A stretch of DNA of 64,000 bases from an uncultured Acidobacteriota bacterium (GCA_963770895.1 CAVYRF010000001.1:1824001-1888000); one strand, 5' to 3'. Counted from the first letter of the stretch, positions 9,672 to 20,280 are shown. The notes: generated by a model from the letters alone, not told the origin. A program made the numbers and translations.

Positions 9672-12600
9672 ATGTGCAAGAATGAAATGGCCGCCATTGT
9701 CGGCCTTGTTGTGTCGCTTCTCAGCGCTGTCTCGGCAAATGGCCAAGCAATCTGTAAGAATCCTGCAACAACGATGTTGAGCGTCGATCCGACGGGACCG
9801 TCAGCGGCAATGATGACAGCGAGGCTCGCCCCGCCCTCAGCGCCAACGGCCAATACGTTGCGTTTGCATCTTGGGCGACGAACCTGGTGCCCAATGCGAT
9901 CCCCAACATCATCAATATCTTCTGGTGGGACACGGTCAACGACGTCACCCGCGCCGTCGACACCGGCGTGACCTGGGGTCAGGGGATCAACGAGCTGCCG
10001 CTGACGATCTCCCCCGACGGCAGGTACGTCGCCTTCACCTCGTTGGCGGGCAACGTCGTCGCCGGCGACTCCAACGGGACTAAAGCCACCTGGGCGATTG
10101 CGGCTCGGCCAACCAGCTGGTGGTGTACGACACCCTGAACCCCGGTCTGGGCGTCCAGCCGATCGGCAACTTCAACCAGGTCATCAAGACGACGGGATCG
10201 CTGGCGCCCAACGCCAATCAACAGCTGGCGGACAAGGCATTGATCTGGTTGGACGAGATGGACTTCACCGGCGAAGGGACCGGCGGCACCTACTACCTCG
10301 ACCTGTCATCTGGCGTCTTGCAGCGCGTCGGCCGTGAGATGAGCGGCTCCCCGCTCCCCGGCAACGCATTCGGCAAATGGGCCAATCCGTACTGGTTCGG
10401 GATCAGTGAGGACGGCCGCTGGGTGGCCTATCAGAGCGCCGACTGGCTGATCGCCAATCCGAATAGCGGCGGCGCCTACCAGATCTTCGACCAGGACATG
10501 CATTCGGTGCGCACCACCAACTGCCCGATCGCTGCGTTCGACGCCCTGGCTGCGGTGCCCTTCGAAGATGCCAGCCAGCAGAAGCTGCTGGCGGACCCCA
10601 ATGCCATCGTTGCGCTGATGACCGCCTCCGGCTACCAGGACCAGGTGATGCGCGGCCTCACCGCCGACGGCGTGTCGCGCCTGTTGCTGCGCGCGGTCGT
10701 GCCGCAGGCCGGACAGGTGCAGTTTACGAGCGGCGACGCGGCGACGCCGCTGAGCTCGCTCGACGGCTCGCAGGTGCAGCCCTCGATCACCGCCACGGCG
10801 GTGCCCTACGGCAGCCAATACGTGGCGTTCGCAGTGCTGCGACCAACATCCCCAAGGTGGCGAAGTCCATCCTGGGCGCAATCCAGGCGCAGAATGCGAG
10901 CGGCATCGCGACGGCGCAGGCCGACGTCGTCGCCCATTCGATGGGCGGTGTGCTCACCCGCCAGTGGATCGGCGGCCGCGGCAGCGCCCAGTCCTACAGC
11001 AGCGCCGCCAACTTCATGCAGGGCAGCGTGCATAAGTTGGTGCTGGTGACCTCGCCGCAGTGGGGGGCGGACCTGGCCACCGCGCTGCTGACCGCATACC
11101 AGCTTCACCCCGTCACCACCAGCAAACTGAAGCCGTGCATCCTGTGCGGCGCGGTGAGCGACCTGCAGGCGTCCCCCTTCGGCACCCAGAACGTCTGGAA
11201 CGACCCCACCCAGGTGGCGACCTCCGCCCTGGTCGGCACCGGCCCCTACACCGACGACCTGCTGCTTTCGGCCATGGCGAACCTGTTGACCTTGCTGCTG
11301 CCGCCCGGCGAAGGCTACAGCGCGGTGTATGAAGACTGCCTGCACGACGGGATCGTGGCCGCGGTGAGCCAGCAGGCCGGTCTGCCGGACAGCGCCGCGA
11401 CGCTGATCCCCGGTCTGGCGGGCCTGCACATCGACGTGCTGAGCACACTTGCCAACAGCAACACGGTGGTCGGCCTGCTGAACGCGCCCACCAGCAGCTT
11501 TGCCGCCTCGCTGCCGGCCAGCCCGAGCGGCAGCCCGCTGGCGTCCTGCTACGGCAACTCGCTGGTGGTCTACGCCGCGCCGAAGCTGCCGCACGCGGCG
11601 CGCGGCTTCACGCCGGCCGAATCCAAGGGCGGCGGCTCGGGAGACACCGTGTTCGCGCCGGGGCTCGCCATCACCGCGCCGGCCGCCGCCAGCATCGTCA
11701 AGTCGGGCACGCCGGTGACCGTGACGCTGCAGGGCTTCGGCACCTACGCCCCACCGGCGGTGCAGAACCCGGCGGTCGTCGGCGGCTACGTGATCACCAG
11801 CCTGGGCGATATCGAGCTGCTGTACGTTACGTCTGGAGCGCTCACCGGCACGATCACCGTGCCGGCGGACGCCACCGGTCCGATCGACCTGGCTGCCGTC
11901 GGCACGGATAGCGCCGGCGTCCTCTGGCAGGCCAACAGCGTCCGTATCTACGCCGACCCGCCGGGATCGCTGGTCGGCGTCCACATCGACCGCAGCGGCG
12001 GCACGCCTACACAACCCCTGGTGCTTACACCGTCACCCTGTCGGTGACCGACGTCGAAGGGCAGGTCAGCACCACCACCGCGACCGCCTATGCCGACCCC
12101 GGCGTGCCGGTCGCCAGCTTCACCTTCAGCTGCCAGGGTCTGACCTGTACGTTCGACGGCTCGCCGTCGACGGATGCGTACGCGATCGCCGCCTATTCGT
12201 GGGACTTCGGCGACGGCACGTCTCCCGGGTCCGGTGCGACCAGCAGCCACACCTTTGCCAGCTCGAACGCCTGGAGCGTCACCCTGACGGTGTGGAACTA
12301 TGAGAACAGCTCCGCTTCGACGACCCGCCAGGTGACGGTCAATGGGGCGCCCGCGGCGGCGGGTGAATCGTTCTTCCCCCTCGCCCCCTGCCGGGTGCTC
12401 GACACGCGCCAGACGACCGTGCTCACCAACGGCACGGCGCGCATCGTGCCGGTCGCCGGCCACTGCGGCGTGCCGGCGGGGGCCGACGCCGTGGCCGTCA
12501 ACCTGACCGCGGTGTCGCCCACCAACATCGGCAGCCTTTCCCTGTATCCCGGCACCTCGCCGGCCAGCGGCGGCACTGTGTCGGTCAGCTTTGCCAGCGG

Positions 12601-13501
12601 CCAGACCGCCGTCGCCAACAACGCGCTGCTGGCGCTGGGCACCGACGGCAGCCTGGGCGTCCTGCCCACCGTCGCCGGCTCGCCCGGCCATGTGCAGCTG
12701 CTCATCGATGTGGCCGACTACTTCAGCGCCGGCAACCCGCTCAACGCCACGCCGCTCGGCTTCCAGACGGTGACGCCCTGCCGGCTGGCCGACACCCGCA
12801 ACCCCAGCAACCCGCTGGCCGCGAACACGGTGCGCAAGTTCCAGGTGCAGCAGGAGTGCGGCATCCCCAGCGGCGCGGCGGCGGCGGCGCTCAACCTGAC
12901 CGTGGTGCCGGGCAGCAACGACACCGGCTACCTGAGCGTGTTCCCCAGCAACGCCACCAACACGCCGCCCGGCGTCTCCACCCTCAACTTCTATACCGCC
13001 GCGCCCCTCGCCAACGGTGCCATCACCGGCCTGGCGGCGCCGGTGCCCGACGTCTCGGTCTTGAACGGAGCGTCCGGGACGTCGAACGTCCTCCTGGACG
13101 TCAACGGCTACTTCCAGTCCGGCGCGCCGCTGCTGTTCCACCCCGTCGTCGCCTGCCGCGCCGTCGACACCCGCTCGGTCAGCCAGGGTGCGCCGTCGCT
13201 GGCTGCCGCGACCTCCCGCACCTTCCAGATCCAGGGCAACTGCGGCGTGCCGCAGGCCGCCGGCGTCAAGGCGGTGGCGCTCGATATCACCGTGGTCAAT
13301 GCCCCGGCTGCCGGCTTCCTGACCGCGTACCCGTCGAACAGCGGCATGCCCGGCGTTTCGACCCTGAACTTCGCCGCCGGTTCGACCCTGGGCAACGGCG
13401 CGATCGTGCCGGTGCAGCCCAACAGCACCAGCGACCTGACACTGATTGCAAACACCGGCCCGCTGGACGTGATCGTCGACGTGTTCGGCTACTTCGAGTA
13501 A
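9672..13501 (+). pseudogene. Fragmented large secreted protein (TolB-like propeller, alpha/beta hydrolase, PKD, three PCRxxDTR repeats)
   Basis: Signal peptide; SANGQYVAFASWATNLV and ISPDGRYVAF repeats; VVAHSMGG; YSWDFGDG; three F.P..PCR..DTR-like repeats. Frame breaks near 9795, 10085, 10840 and 12025. Confidence 0.75.
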
Positions 13502-13601
13502 CCTGTTCCCCTGCAATTGCGTCGACGGCAAGTATCAATGCAAGCCGGTCTAGCCCCTCTCCAGCCCAACCGCCGGCGGCAGGCCCGCTGCTGGCGGGGG
13601 C

Positions 13602-13694
13602 TCGGTCCCAGGCGCGGCCGTCGGCGCCGACGCGGTTGACGACCAGGTGGACGTGCTCTTTGGCGGTATCGCGGTGGGCGACGACGAGGGCCTC
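13602..13694 (-). mobile_element. Relaxase (MOBP/VirD2-like) remnant
   Basis: Hand translation EALVVAHRDTAKEHVHLVVNRVGADGRAWDR matches the H-x-D-T...H-x-H-x-x-x-N-R-V relaxase motif; no full gene. Confidence 0.7.
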
Positions 13695-13797
13695 ACGCGC
13701 TCGGCGGCATCATGGTGTCGCGGAGAGCCGCTGGGAAGCACTTTCCCTATAGAGGCTCGCGTCGTGCGAGACGCCAGCTCCCGGCCCTGGCCTGGTC

Positions 13798-14820
13798 ATG
13801 CAACCGACGATCCTGATCCTCAGCCCTTCCTATGCCGACGTAACCACCGACGACGTGGTGGACTGGCTGGCTTGCCTCGGTGCCGGTTCGGTGCGTCTGT
13901 GCGGTGAGAGTATCGACGGCGGCGCCGCGATCCGCATCGAGGTTCACGGCGCGGGCGAGCGCTGCCAGCTGCGCTACGATGGCGTCGAGATCGAGCCGGA
14001 GCATGTGTCAGCGGTCTGGTTCCGCGGCTGGCTCCGCGAATGGCGGCATGAGGGCCGGTCGCTGGTCACGGATCCATCGCCCGTCGGCGCACGCCTACAG
14101 TATGACATCCGCATGCACCTCACGCGCGAAGGCCGGAAGCTCTCCGACTTCCTGATGTCGTGCTTCGGCGACCGGCCATGGCTCGGCTCGCCGAACAAGG
14201 CGTCGCCCAATAAGCCGGCGGTCCTGCGCGCCGCCGCGCGTGCCGGGTTGGCCGTTCCCTCGACGCTGATCACCACCGAGAAGGCCGCCCTGGTCGCCTT
14301 TGTCGCGCGCCACGGCGCGATCATCTCGAAGCCGCTGGCGGAGACAATCCTGCTCACCGGCGGCGGCGCGACGCATCTCCTCTATACCTCCGTCGTCCCG
14401 TCCGCGCTGATCGAGAACCTCCCCGCGAGCTTTCCGGCCACCCTGTTTCAGGAACGGCTGGCTAAGCACTACGAGATCCGCGTTTTCTATCTCGACGGTG
14501 AGTGCCACGCCATGGCGATCTTCTCGCAGCTCGACCCTCAGACCGCGGTCGATTTCCGGCGCTACAACCACGCACGGCCGAATCGCTCGGTGCCTTACGA
14601 TCTTCGCGCAGAGACCACCGACCGGATTCGCACCCTGATGGACGGGCTCGGCCTCGACACCGGCTCAATCGACCTGGTGCGCACCACGGACGGCCGTGAC
14701 GTGTTCCTCGAAGTCAATCCGGTTGGGCAGTTCGGCATGGTCTCCCGACCCTGCAACTATCATCTCGAACGCCGCGTTGCCGAGCATCTGCTGAGGAGGG
14801 CCGATGGATCGAGCTGCTGA
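13798..14820 (+). CDS. gwsG: ATP-grasp peptide maturase (grasp-with-spasm system)
   Basis: NKPAVL..A...GL.VP.TLIT, IISKPL, LFQE...KHYEIRVFYL, MAIFSQ...T.VDFRRYN, GSIDLV, FLEVNPVGQFG. Confidence 0.88.
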   Translation: MQPTILILSPSYADVTTDDVVDWLACLGAGSVRLCGESIDGGAAIRIEVHGAGERCQLRYDGVEIEPEHVSAVWFRGWLREWRHEGRSLVTDPSPVGARLQYDIRMHLTREGRKLSDFLMSCFGDRPWLGSPNKASPNKPAVLRAAARAGLAVPSTLITTEKAALVAFVARHGAIISKPLAETILLTGGGATHLLYTSVVPSALIENLPASFPATLFQERLAKHYEIRVFYLDGECHAMAIFSQLDPQTAVDFRRYNHARPNRSVPYDLRAETTDRIRTLMDGLGLDTGSIDLVRTTDGRDVFLEVNPVGQFGMVSRPCNYHLERRVAEHLLRRADGSSC

Positions 14821-15106
14821 AGATGGTGAGCGCCGGGCAACGGACGGGGCAGCGGATGGCGAGCTGCCACAGGATGGGACACCGGCGCCCGCGGCTCTGG
14901 AACAGGGCGGCGAGCGGCTGTTCGATCTGCTGACGGCCGAGGGTAGCGAGCTGGCGCCGCTCCACTATCAACTGTTCGAGCGCCGGCCACCGCGCAGCGG
15001 CGTGCCGCTGCGCATCGCCGCGAGCGCCTGGTACCACACACCGACCTTCTTCTGCTTTCCGTTTCATAAACCGATCTCTCGCTGCCGCCGTTATGACGAA
15101 GCGTGA
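14804..15106 (+). CDS. Hypothetical protein within the grasp-with-spasm operon
   Basis: Overlaps both neighbours; aromatic-rich C-terminus WYHTPTFFCFPF. Confidence 0.55.
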   Translation: MDRAAEDGERRATDGAADGELPQDGTPAPAALEQGGERLFDLLTAEGSELAPLHYQLFERRPPRSGVPLRIAASAWYHTPTFFCFPFHKPISRCRRYDEA

Positions 15107-16256
15107 TCCAGGCGCGGACCGGCCGGAGGCCACCGAGACCGCACCGGAGACGGATGGCGAGCGGCTGCCCTTTCTCCTGTTCGCCTGCTGTGTGCCGGTG
15201 CGCGGCGCCCGCCGCAGCGTGGTCTGTGACCTGCAACGTGGCACCTACCAACTGATTCCCAACGGCCTGTTCGAGATCCTCACCGAGCACCGCGGCCAAT
15301 CGCCGGCCGCAATCAAGGCAGCCTACGATCACGAGCACGATTTCGAGATCGACGGCTACTTCGACTTTCTCCGGCGACACGAGCTCGGCTTCACGACCGC
15401 CGAGCCGGAGCGTTTTCCGCCGCTTGCCCTCGACTACCAGGTCCCATCGCGCATCACCAACGCCATCGTGGATGTGGACGATGGCTCCGAGCACGATTAC
15501 GGCACGATCTTTCGCCAGCTCGACGACCTGGGCTGCGTGGCGGTCGAGCTGCGTTTCTTTACGCCGCGCCGCCTCGACGAAGTGTGCGCGGCGCTGGCGC
15601 CCACGCGCGGCGGGCGGTTGCGGTCGATCGATCTGTTGCTCGCGTACACCCCAGAGCTCGACGAGGCGGCCGGCCTCGATCGGATCGCCGCCGACAAGCG
15701 CGTCAGCTCCGTCACCGTACACTCGGCGCCCGCGGTGCGCGATTTCGTGTTGGAGGGGGGCGTCGCCGTCACCTACCTCCGCCAGGCGATCGATTCGCCC
15801 GCCTGCTGTGGCCAGGTCCACCCGCGCCATTTCATCGTCAACATCGCTGCCTACAGCGAGGCGCAGCACCACAACTCCTGCCTCAGCCGCAAGGTCGCGA
15901 TCGACGCGCGGGGAGATATCCGCAACTGCCCGTCGCTGCCGCGCTCCTACGGCAACGTCCGCGGCACGTCGCTTCATGCCGCCCTTGCGCAGCGCGATTT
16001 CACCGCCCTGTGGTCGATCAACAAGGATCAGATCGAAGTCTGCAAGGACTGCGAGTTCCGCTATATCTGCACCGATTGCCGAGCCTACCTGACCGGCGCC
16101 GGCGATCGGTACGCCAAGCCCGCGAAGTGCGGCTACGACCCGTACACCGCGGTTTGGAACCCGCCGCCAGGAGAGGCCGACGGCACCTCGCGGATCGCTC
16201 CGCCTGCGCCCGCCGCCAACCCTTCCAGCGGCATCTCACGGAAGGAGAACCCATGA
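15093..16256 (+). CDS. gwsS: SPASM-domain peptide maturase (grasp-with-spasm system)
   Basis: CCG, SCLSRKVAID..G.IRNCPS, C..CEFRYICTDCR, KPAKCGYDPY; no radical-SAM CxxxCxxC motif. Confidence 0.88.
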   Translation: MTKRDPGADRPEATETAPETDGERLPFLLFACCVPVRGARRSVVCDLQRGTYQLIPNGLFEILTEHRGQSPAAIKAAYDHEHDFEIDGYFDFLRRHELGFTTAEPERFPPLALDYQVPSRITNAIVDVDDGSEHDYGTIFRQLDDLGCVAVELRFFTPRRLDEVCAALAPTRGGRLRSIDLLLAYTPELDEAAGLDRIAADKRVSSVTVHSAPAVRDFVLEGGVAVTYLRQAIDSPACCGQVHPRHFIVNIAAYSEAQHHNSCLSRKVAIDARGDIRNCPSLPRSYGNVRGTSLHAALAQRDFTALWSINKDQIEVCKDCEFRYICTDCRAYLTGAGDRYAKPAKCGYDPYTAVWNPPPGEADGTSRIAPPAPAANPSSGISRKENP

Positions 16257-16402
16257 AGAAGTTCGAAAGCATCGATGACGATCTGTTCGCGCCGCTCGTT
16301 GAAGACGAGGCGCGCCGGGCCACCGGACAAGACCAGACCGGCGTCATCTCGGTGATCCAAACCAACGACCCCAACCCCGACGAAACCTTCGATCACGTCT
16401 AG
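16253..16402 (+). CDS. Putative graspetide precursor, 49 aa: MKKFESIDDDLFAPLVEDEARRATGQDQTGVISVIQTNDPNPDETFDHV
   Basis: AAGGAG RBS; ATGA overlap with the SPASM gene stop; Thr/Ser donors and Asp/Glu acceptors in the C-terminus. Confidence 0.75.
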   Translation: MKKFESIDDDLFAPLVEDEARRATGQDQTGVISVIQTNDPNPDETFDHV

Positions 16403-16595
16403 CCCCATCGGGGGGCAGCCGCTCGGCGGCTGCCTCCCTCCTGGGCCGACCGATTCTGTCGAGCTGTGCGCCAGTCCGAGCGCAGCTTCGCACGGCCTCG
16501 TCGATCTCCAGCCGCTTCCGGTAGTGGTTGCCGATCTCCATCAGGTCGTAGCGGGCGTCGGCGGCGAGCCCCGCAGGGACCAGGCGTCGAGGGGT

Positions 16596-17411
16596 TCAAC
16601 GCTGGACCTGATGCTGACTAAGGAAAGAGCTCTTCACGAACGTGAAATTCACATCGTACTCGACTGCAACCAGGGCGTATCCTGTTTCACAGAGACGGGC
16701 AACCGACTTCTTGAGTTTGTGGTCTGGGTCATTATGAACGGCGTGATACTCGACACAGATGATGCCGATGTCCAGCCCATCTTCAACCAGCGAGTCGATG
16801 ACCCTATACTCCGCTCCTTCGATATCCAACTTCAGCAGCTGAAGTCGAGAGTGGCCTAGCTCGCGCATGAGGGTAGAAAGGCGTTTGCACGGCGCTTCAA
16901 AATATTTGTCAGTACGTTTCAGGTTCAAGATCGAATGTGAAACATCCTGCGGGTTGGAGGGCGCGTAGAATTTGAGAACCCCCTCCGTGTCCCACAGGCC
17001 GACAGGGAAGAAACGGAATTGACAGAGGTGTGCCGCATGTTGAATGACATGCTCCCGCGCCCGCGGTGTCGGATCGAAAGCAAAGACACTGCAGTTGAAG
17101 CGCGCAATCAAAGCCAGATCAAATGTGATGTCTTCGCCCACACCGGCGAGATAACAAACCGCACCCTCAGGGACGTCAAGAGCCGGCACCAGCCAGCCGC
17201 CGTGCTCTGAACCCAGTGTCTCCAACCCTCTGATGCTATGTATTTCAGTGCCGGTCAACTTGTCCACCATCAACCGGCCCGCGCGGCGCTGATCTGGGAG
17301 AGCCATGAGAGGCCACATCGATCTTGTTACAAGCCTCGCAGCGTAGGCAGCCCCTCTTCCCACACAGCCGCCGCGAGCTGTGCGATCGGCGCTGCTGCAA
17401 TTCGCTGACAT
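16596..17411 (-). CDS. FkbM-family methyltransferase (true start probably downstream of 17411)
   Basis: GVGEDITFD, FAFDPTP, LLKLDIEGAEY; lower GC. Confidence 0.85.
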   Translation of the reverse strand: MSANCSSADRTARGGCVGRGAAYAARLVTRSMWPLMALPDQRRAGRLMVDKLTGTEIHSIRGLETLGSEHGGWLVPALDVPEGAVCYLAGVGEDITFDLALIARFNCSVFAFDPTPRAREHVIQHAAHLCQFRFFPVGLWDTEGVLKFYAPSNPQDVSHSILNLKRTDKYFEAPCKRLSTLMRELGHSRLQLLKLDIEGAEYRVIDSLVEDGLDIGIICVEYHAVHNDPDHKLKKSVARLCETGYALVAVEYDVNFTFVKSSFLSQHQVQR

Positions 17412-17536
17412 CTGACCGCAAACTGTGGAGAGCCTGACGCAACCATGCGATTATCGTGGCCTCTCGCATGAATTCTGTCAAGCAACGAACTTACAGGGTG
17501 GCTGCCCGACACCGCCAGTAAGGCGAGATCCTTGCC

Positions 17537-18130
17537 GTGGCGGCGAGGCCGGCCGCGGCGCAGTTTCTTCTCAAGACGGCCGTGGCGGGTTTCACCGATG
17601 TCAACGGCAACGGTGCACTCGACTGCGGCGAGCCGGTGAAGATGACCGTCGCGCTCTCGAGTCCCAACGCGATCCTGACCGGCGCCCAGGCCTATTCGGG
17701 AACGCTGACGTTTCCGACCGCCTCGGCGGGCCTGGTCTTCGTGCCCGGCTCGGTCGAGGAGGAGTTCGGCCTGACGGCCGGCTGCGCGGTCACAGCGATT
17801 ACGGCCGGCAACAGCTCGGAAGACCTCCCCGCGACGGTCTCCTGCGAGTGCCTGCCGAGCGGCCCGAACGTCATTCCGGTCGTGACGGTGAGCTTCGAAG
17901 CCGGGTACTTCAACAGCACCTCTCCCTCCTACAGCGCGGCGGCCCACGCCCATATCGTGCCGGCGACCGGCCCGGCGTTCGATCTCGACTCCCAGCTGGT
18001 TGACCGCGAGGGTGAAGGAGGCGTAGGGGTCGGCCGATGCTCCTTCGACTGCTCGGAGTGCGTGATCGTCGTGAGACCCGACGAATGCTCGCTGTGCCAC
18101 CAGGGGTCCTGCTTGACTGCCTGCCCGTAA
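17537..18130 (+). CDS. Hypothetical secreted-protein fragment with Cys-rich tail, possibly chimeric
   Basis: Starts at the end of a signal-like segment (AARPAAAQ); DVNGNG calcium-type motif; abrupt 7-Cys tail. Confidence 0.45.
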   Translation: MAARPAAAQFLLKTAVAGFTDVNGNGALDCGEPVKMTVALSSPNAILTGAQAYSGTLTFPTASAGLVFVPGSVEEEFGLTAGCAVTAITAGNSSEDLPATVSCECLPSGPNVIPVVTVSFEAGYFNSTSPSYSAAAHAHIVPATGPAFDLDSQLVDREGEGGVGVGRCSFDCSECVIVVRPDECSLCHQGSCLTACP

Positions 18131-18377
18131 TCCGCCGCGCCACGGCCGGGTGCAGGCGCATACGACCCTTTGCAATGGGGCGGTCATCCGGTTTGGTCGG
18201 CGCCACGATGGGGGCCCCCTACGTGGCGGAAGGCCGGCCGGCGTGGGCAGCCCGGGGGGGTTGGTTGGGTGGTAAACCGGGAGGGGGCACAGCAAAGCAT
18301 GATTCGCATGTGCTAAATTTCGTGCGCCAGCGCCAGCCTCCAGTCTTGCGCGGTATAATCTAATAAAAGGTGAGTAC

Positions 18378-18539
18378 ATGAGAAAAACTAAAAACAAGCT
18401 TCAGCTAAGCAGGGAGACGTTGAAAGCCCTTGGCAACCAGCTCAGGGACGTAGCCGGTGGCGGACTCACCCTTTCTGAAGCAACCTGCGACACGTGTGAG
18501 ACGACCTGCGCCACCTGTTACCGGAGCTGCTATTGCTGA
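18378..18539 (+). CDS. Putative lanthipeptide-like precursor, 53 aa: MRKTKNKLQLSRETLKALGNQLRDVAGGGLTLSEATCDTCETTCATCYRSCYC
   Basis: Hand-translated. TATAAT at 18354 and AAAGGTG RBS; KLxLSRETL leader, VAGG double-Gly, TCxxC-rich core. Confidence 0.85.
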   Translation: MRKTKNKLQLSRETLKALGNQLRDVAGGGLTLSEATCDTCETTCATCYRSCYC

Positions 18540-19120
18540 CAGCAGGTAGCGTGCTCCTGGGCCTCGGGAGCGGAGATCTTTGGTCGGACTCCGCAGGCGC
18601 GCGACCGCTCCGCGATGACCGGACCGAGGCGGCATCTTTGCCGGCCGGAGGTGCAATCCGATTGACCGTGGTGGCTGCGTGAGCCGTCGGGCTCACGCAG
18701 CGCTTGCTCGTCAGGAGCGAGCCCGAGCGAGCCCGATGACGCTGCCTCTCAGGTGACCTTGATCGCCTCTAGTCGTCGAAATCTGAGCGGTCTTGTCCGC
18801 AAAAACGACTTTGTCACCTAAGCCTCGGCCGGCCTGCATGGTGGGAGCACGACGCCAAGCTGGTGCTGGCTCCGGCCGCCAGCGCCTGGCCTTCGTGGTG
18901 CGCGACGGCCTGGCCCGCATCTCCTCCTGCATCATCCAGGAGGTGGATGTGGACAAGGGCGGCGCGGTCAGCATGGCGGCTCCGGCAACGGCCACCCACC
19001 CCAGCCTGCGCTGACGATCACCGATCGCGATCGCGCGGCCACCGCTGAAGGTGCCAGTTGGTTGGTGCTCGATACATCCGCGTACTCTCGCTTCAGCCTG
19101 CTCTTTTGGCAAGCTGGCGT

Positions 19121-20155
19121 TCAGGCCAGGATCTGGTCCCGCATACCGCCGTAGGCGAAGATGCGAGCCATCTCCTTGGCATACAGGTCGCCTGGAAACC
19201 CGAGATCGATGTGGCTGGCGTCGTCGAGGGTCTTGACCTGTTCCGGGGAGAGCGTGAGGTCGAGGCTCGCCAGATTGTCCTCCAGCTGAGAGAGCTTGCG
19301 CGCGCCGAGGATGGGGATGACCGGCACCGGGCGGTGGCGCAGCCATGCCAGCGCCACCTGCGCCATGCTGCGACCGCACTCGTCGGCCACGGTCTTGACG
19401 GCCGCGACGATGCGGTCGGCCCGCTGTGGTTCCGGCTTGAAATCCTTCATCATGGCGCTGGCGAGGCGGCCCGCATCGGCCGACCCGTGGCCGTGGTACT
19501 TGCCGGTCAGCACGCCGCTCGACAGCGGCGACCAGGCGGTCACGCCGATGTTCAGCGCCTTGGCCATCGGGACCAGCTCCCGCTCGACGGTTCGCTCGAT
19601 CAGGTTGTATTCGATCTGCAATCCGATGAAAGGCGACCAGCCCCGCAGCTGTGCCAGGGTATTCGCCTGCGCGATCCACCAGGCGGGGGCATCGGAGATG
19701 CCGACGTAGAGTACCTTGCCGGCGCGTACCAGGTCGTCCAGTCCGCGCATCACCTCCTCGACCGGCGTGATCTGGTCCCAGATGTGGACCCAGTAGAGAT
19801 CGATATAGTCGGTGTGCAGTCGCTGGAGGCTCGCCTCCACGGCCTGCACCATATTCTTGCGGTGGTTGCCGGCCGCGTTCGGGTCGGTGCCCGGAGCGGC
19901 GTTGCTGTATTTGGTGGCCAGTACCACGCTCTGGCGGTGGCCCTGCATGAACTCGCCGACGAACGTTTCGCTGGTCCCGTTGGTATACAGGTTGGCGGTG
20001 TCGACGAAATTGCCCCCCGCGGCGCGGAAGGCGTCGTACACTTTTCGCGCCTCGTCCTTGGGCGCGCCCCAGCCCCAATCATCGCCAAAGGTCATGGCGC
20101 CGAGCGCCGTCTCCGAGACGCGGAGCCCGCTCTGGCCCAAAAGTCGGTATTGCAT
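19121..20155 (-). CDS. Aldo/keto reductase
   Basis: LGQSGLRVS, GGNFVDTANLY, LATKY, DYIDLYWVH, IPILGAR. Confidence 0.93.
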   Translation of the reverse strand: MQYRLLGQSGLRVSETALGAMTFGDDWGWGAPKDEARKVYDAFRAAGGNFVDTANLYTNGTSETFVGEFMQGHRQSVVLATKYSNAAPGTDPNAAGNHRKNMVQAVEASLQRLHTDYIDLYWVHIWDQITPVEEVMRGLDDLVRAGKVLYVGISDAPAWWIAQANTLAQLRGWSPFIGLQIEYNLIERTVERELVPMAKALNIGVTAWSPLSSGVLTGKYHGHGSADAGRLASAMMKDFKPEPQRADRIVAAVKTVADECGRSMAQVALAWLRHRPVPVIPILGARKLSQLEDNLASLDLTLSPEQVKTLDDASHIDLGFPGDLYAKEMARIFAYGGMRDQILA

Positions 20156-20280
20156 GGAAAACGTCTCCTTCTACAGCTTGGCTGGTCGAGAATCTGTCCT
20201 CGCAAGCGCTCGTACGCTCACCTCTTATCATATGAGGGGTTCCAACCAACCCAACCCCTCGCCCAGGAGGAGGATGCCCG

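Noticed and set aside
15093-16256. Radical SAM maturase for the Cys-rich peptides
   Set aside because: No CxxxCxxC SAM-cluster motif; SPASM-only protein with its own adjacent Cys-free precursor.
18793-19048. Short ORFs or possible gene remnant (LAFVVRDGLARISSCIIQEVDVDKGG)
   Set aside because: Coding-like but I recognise no family and see no RBS; left uncalled.
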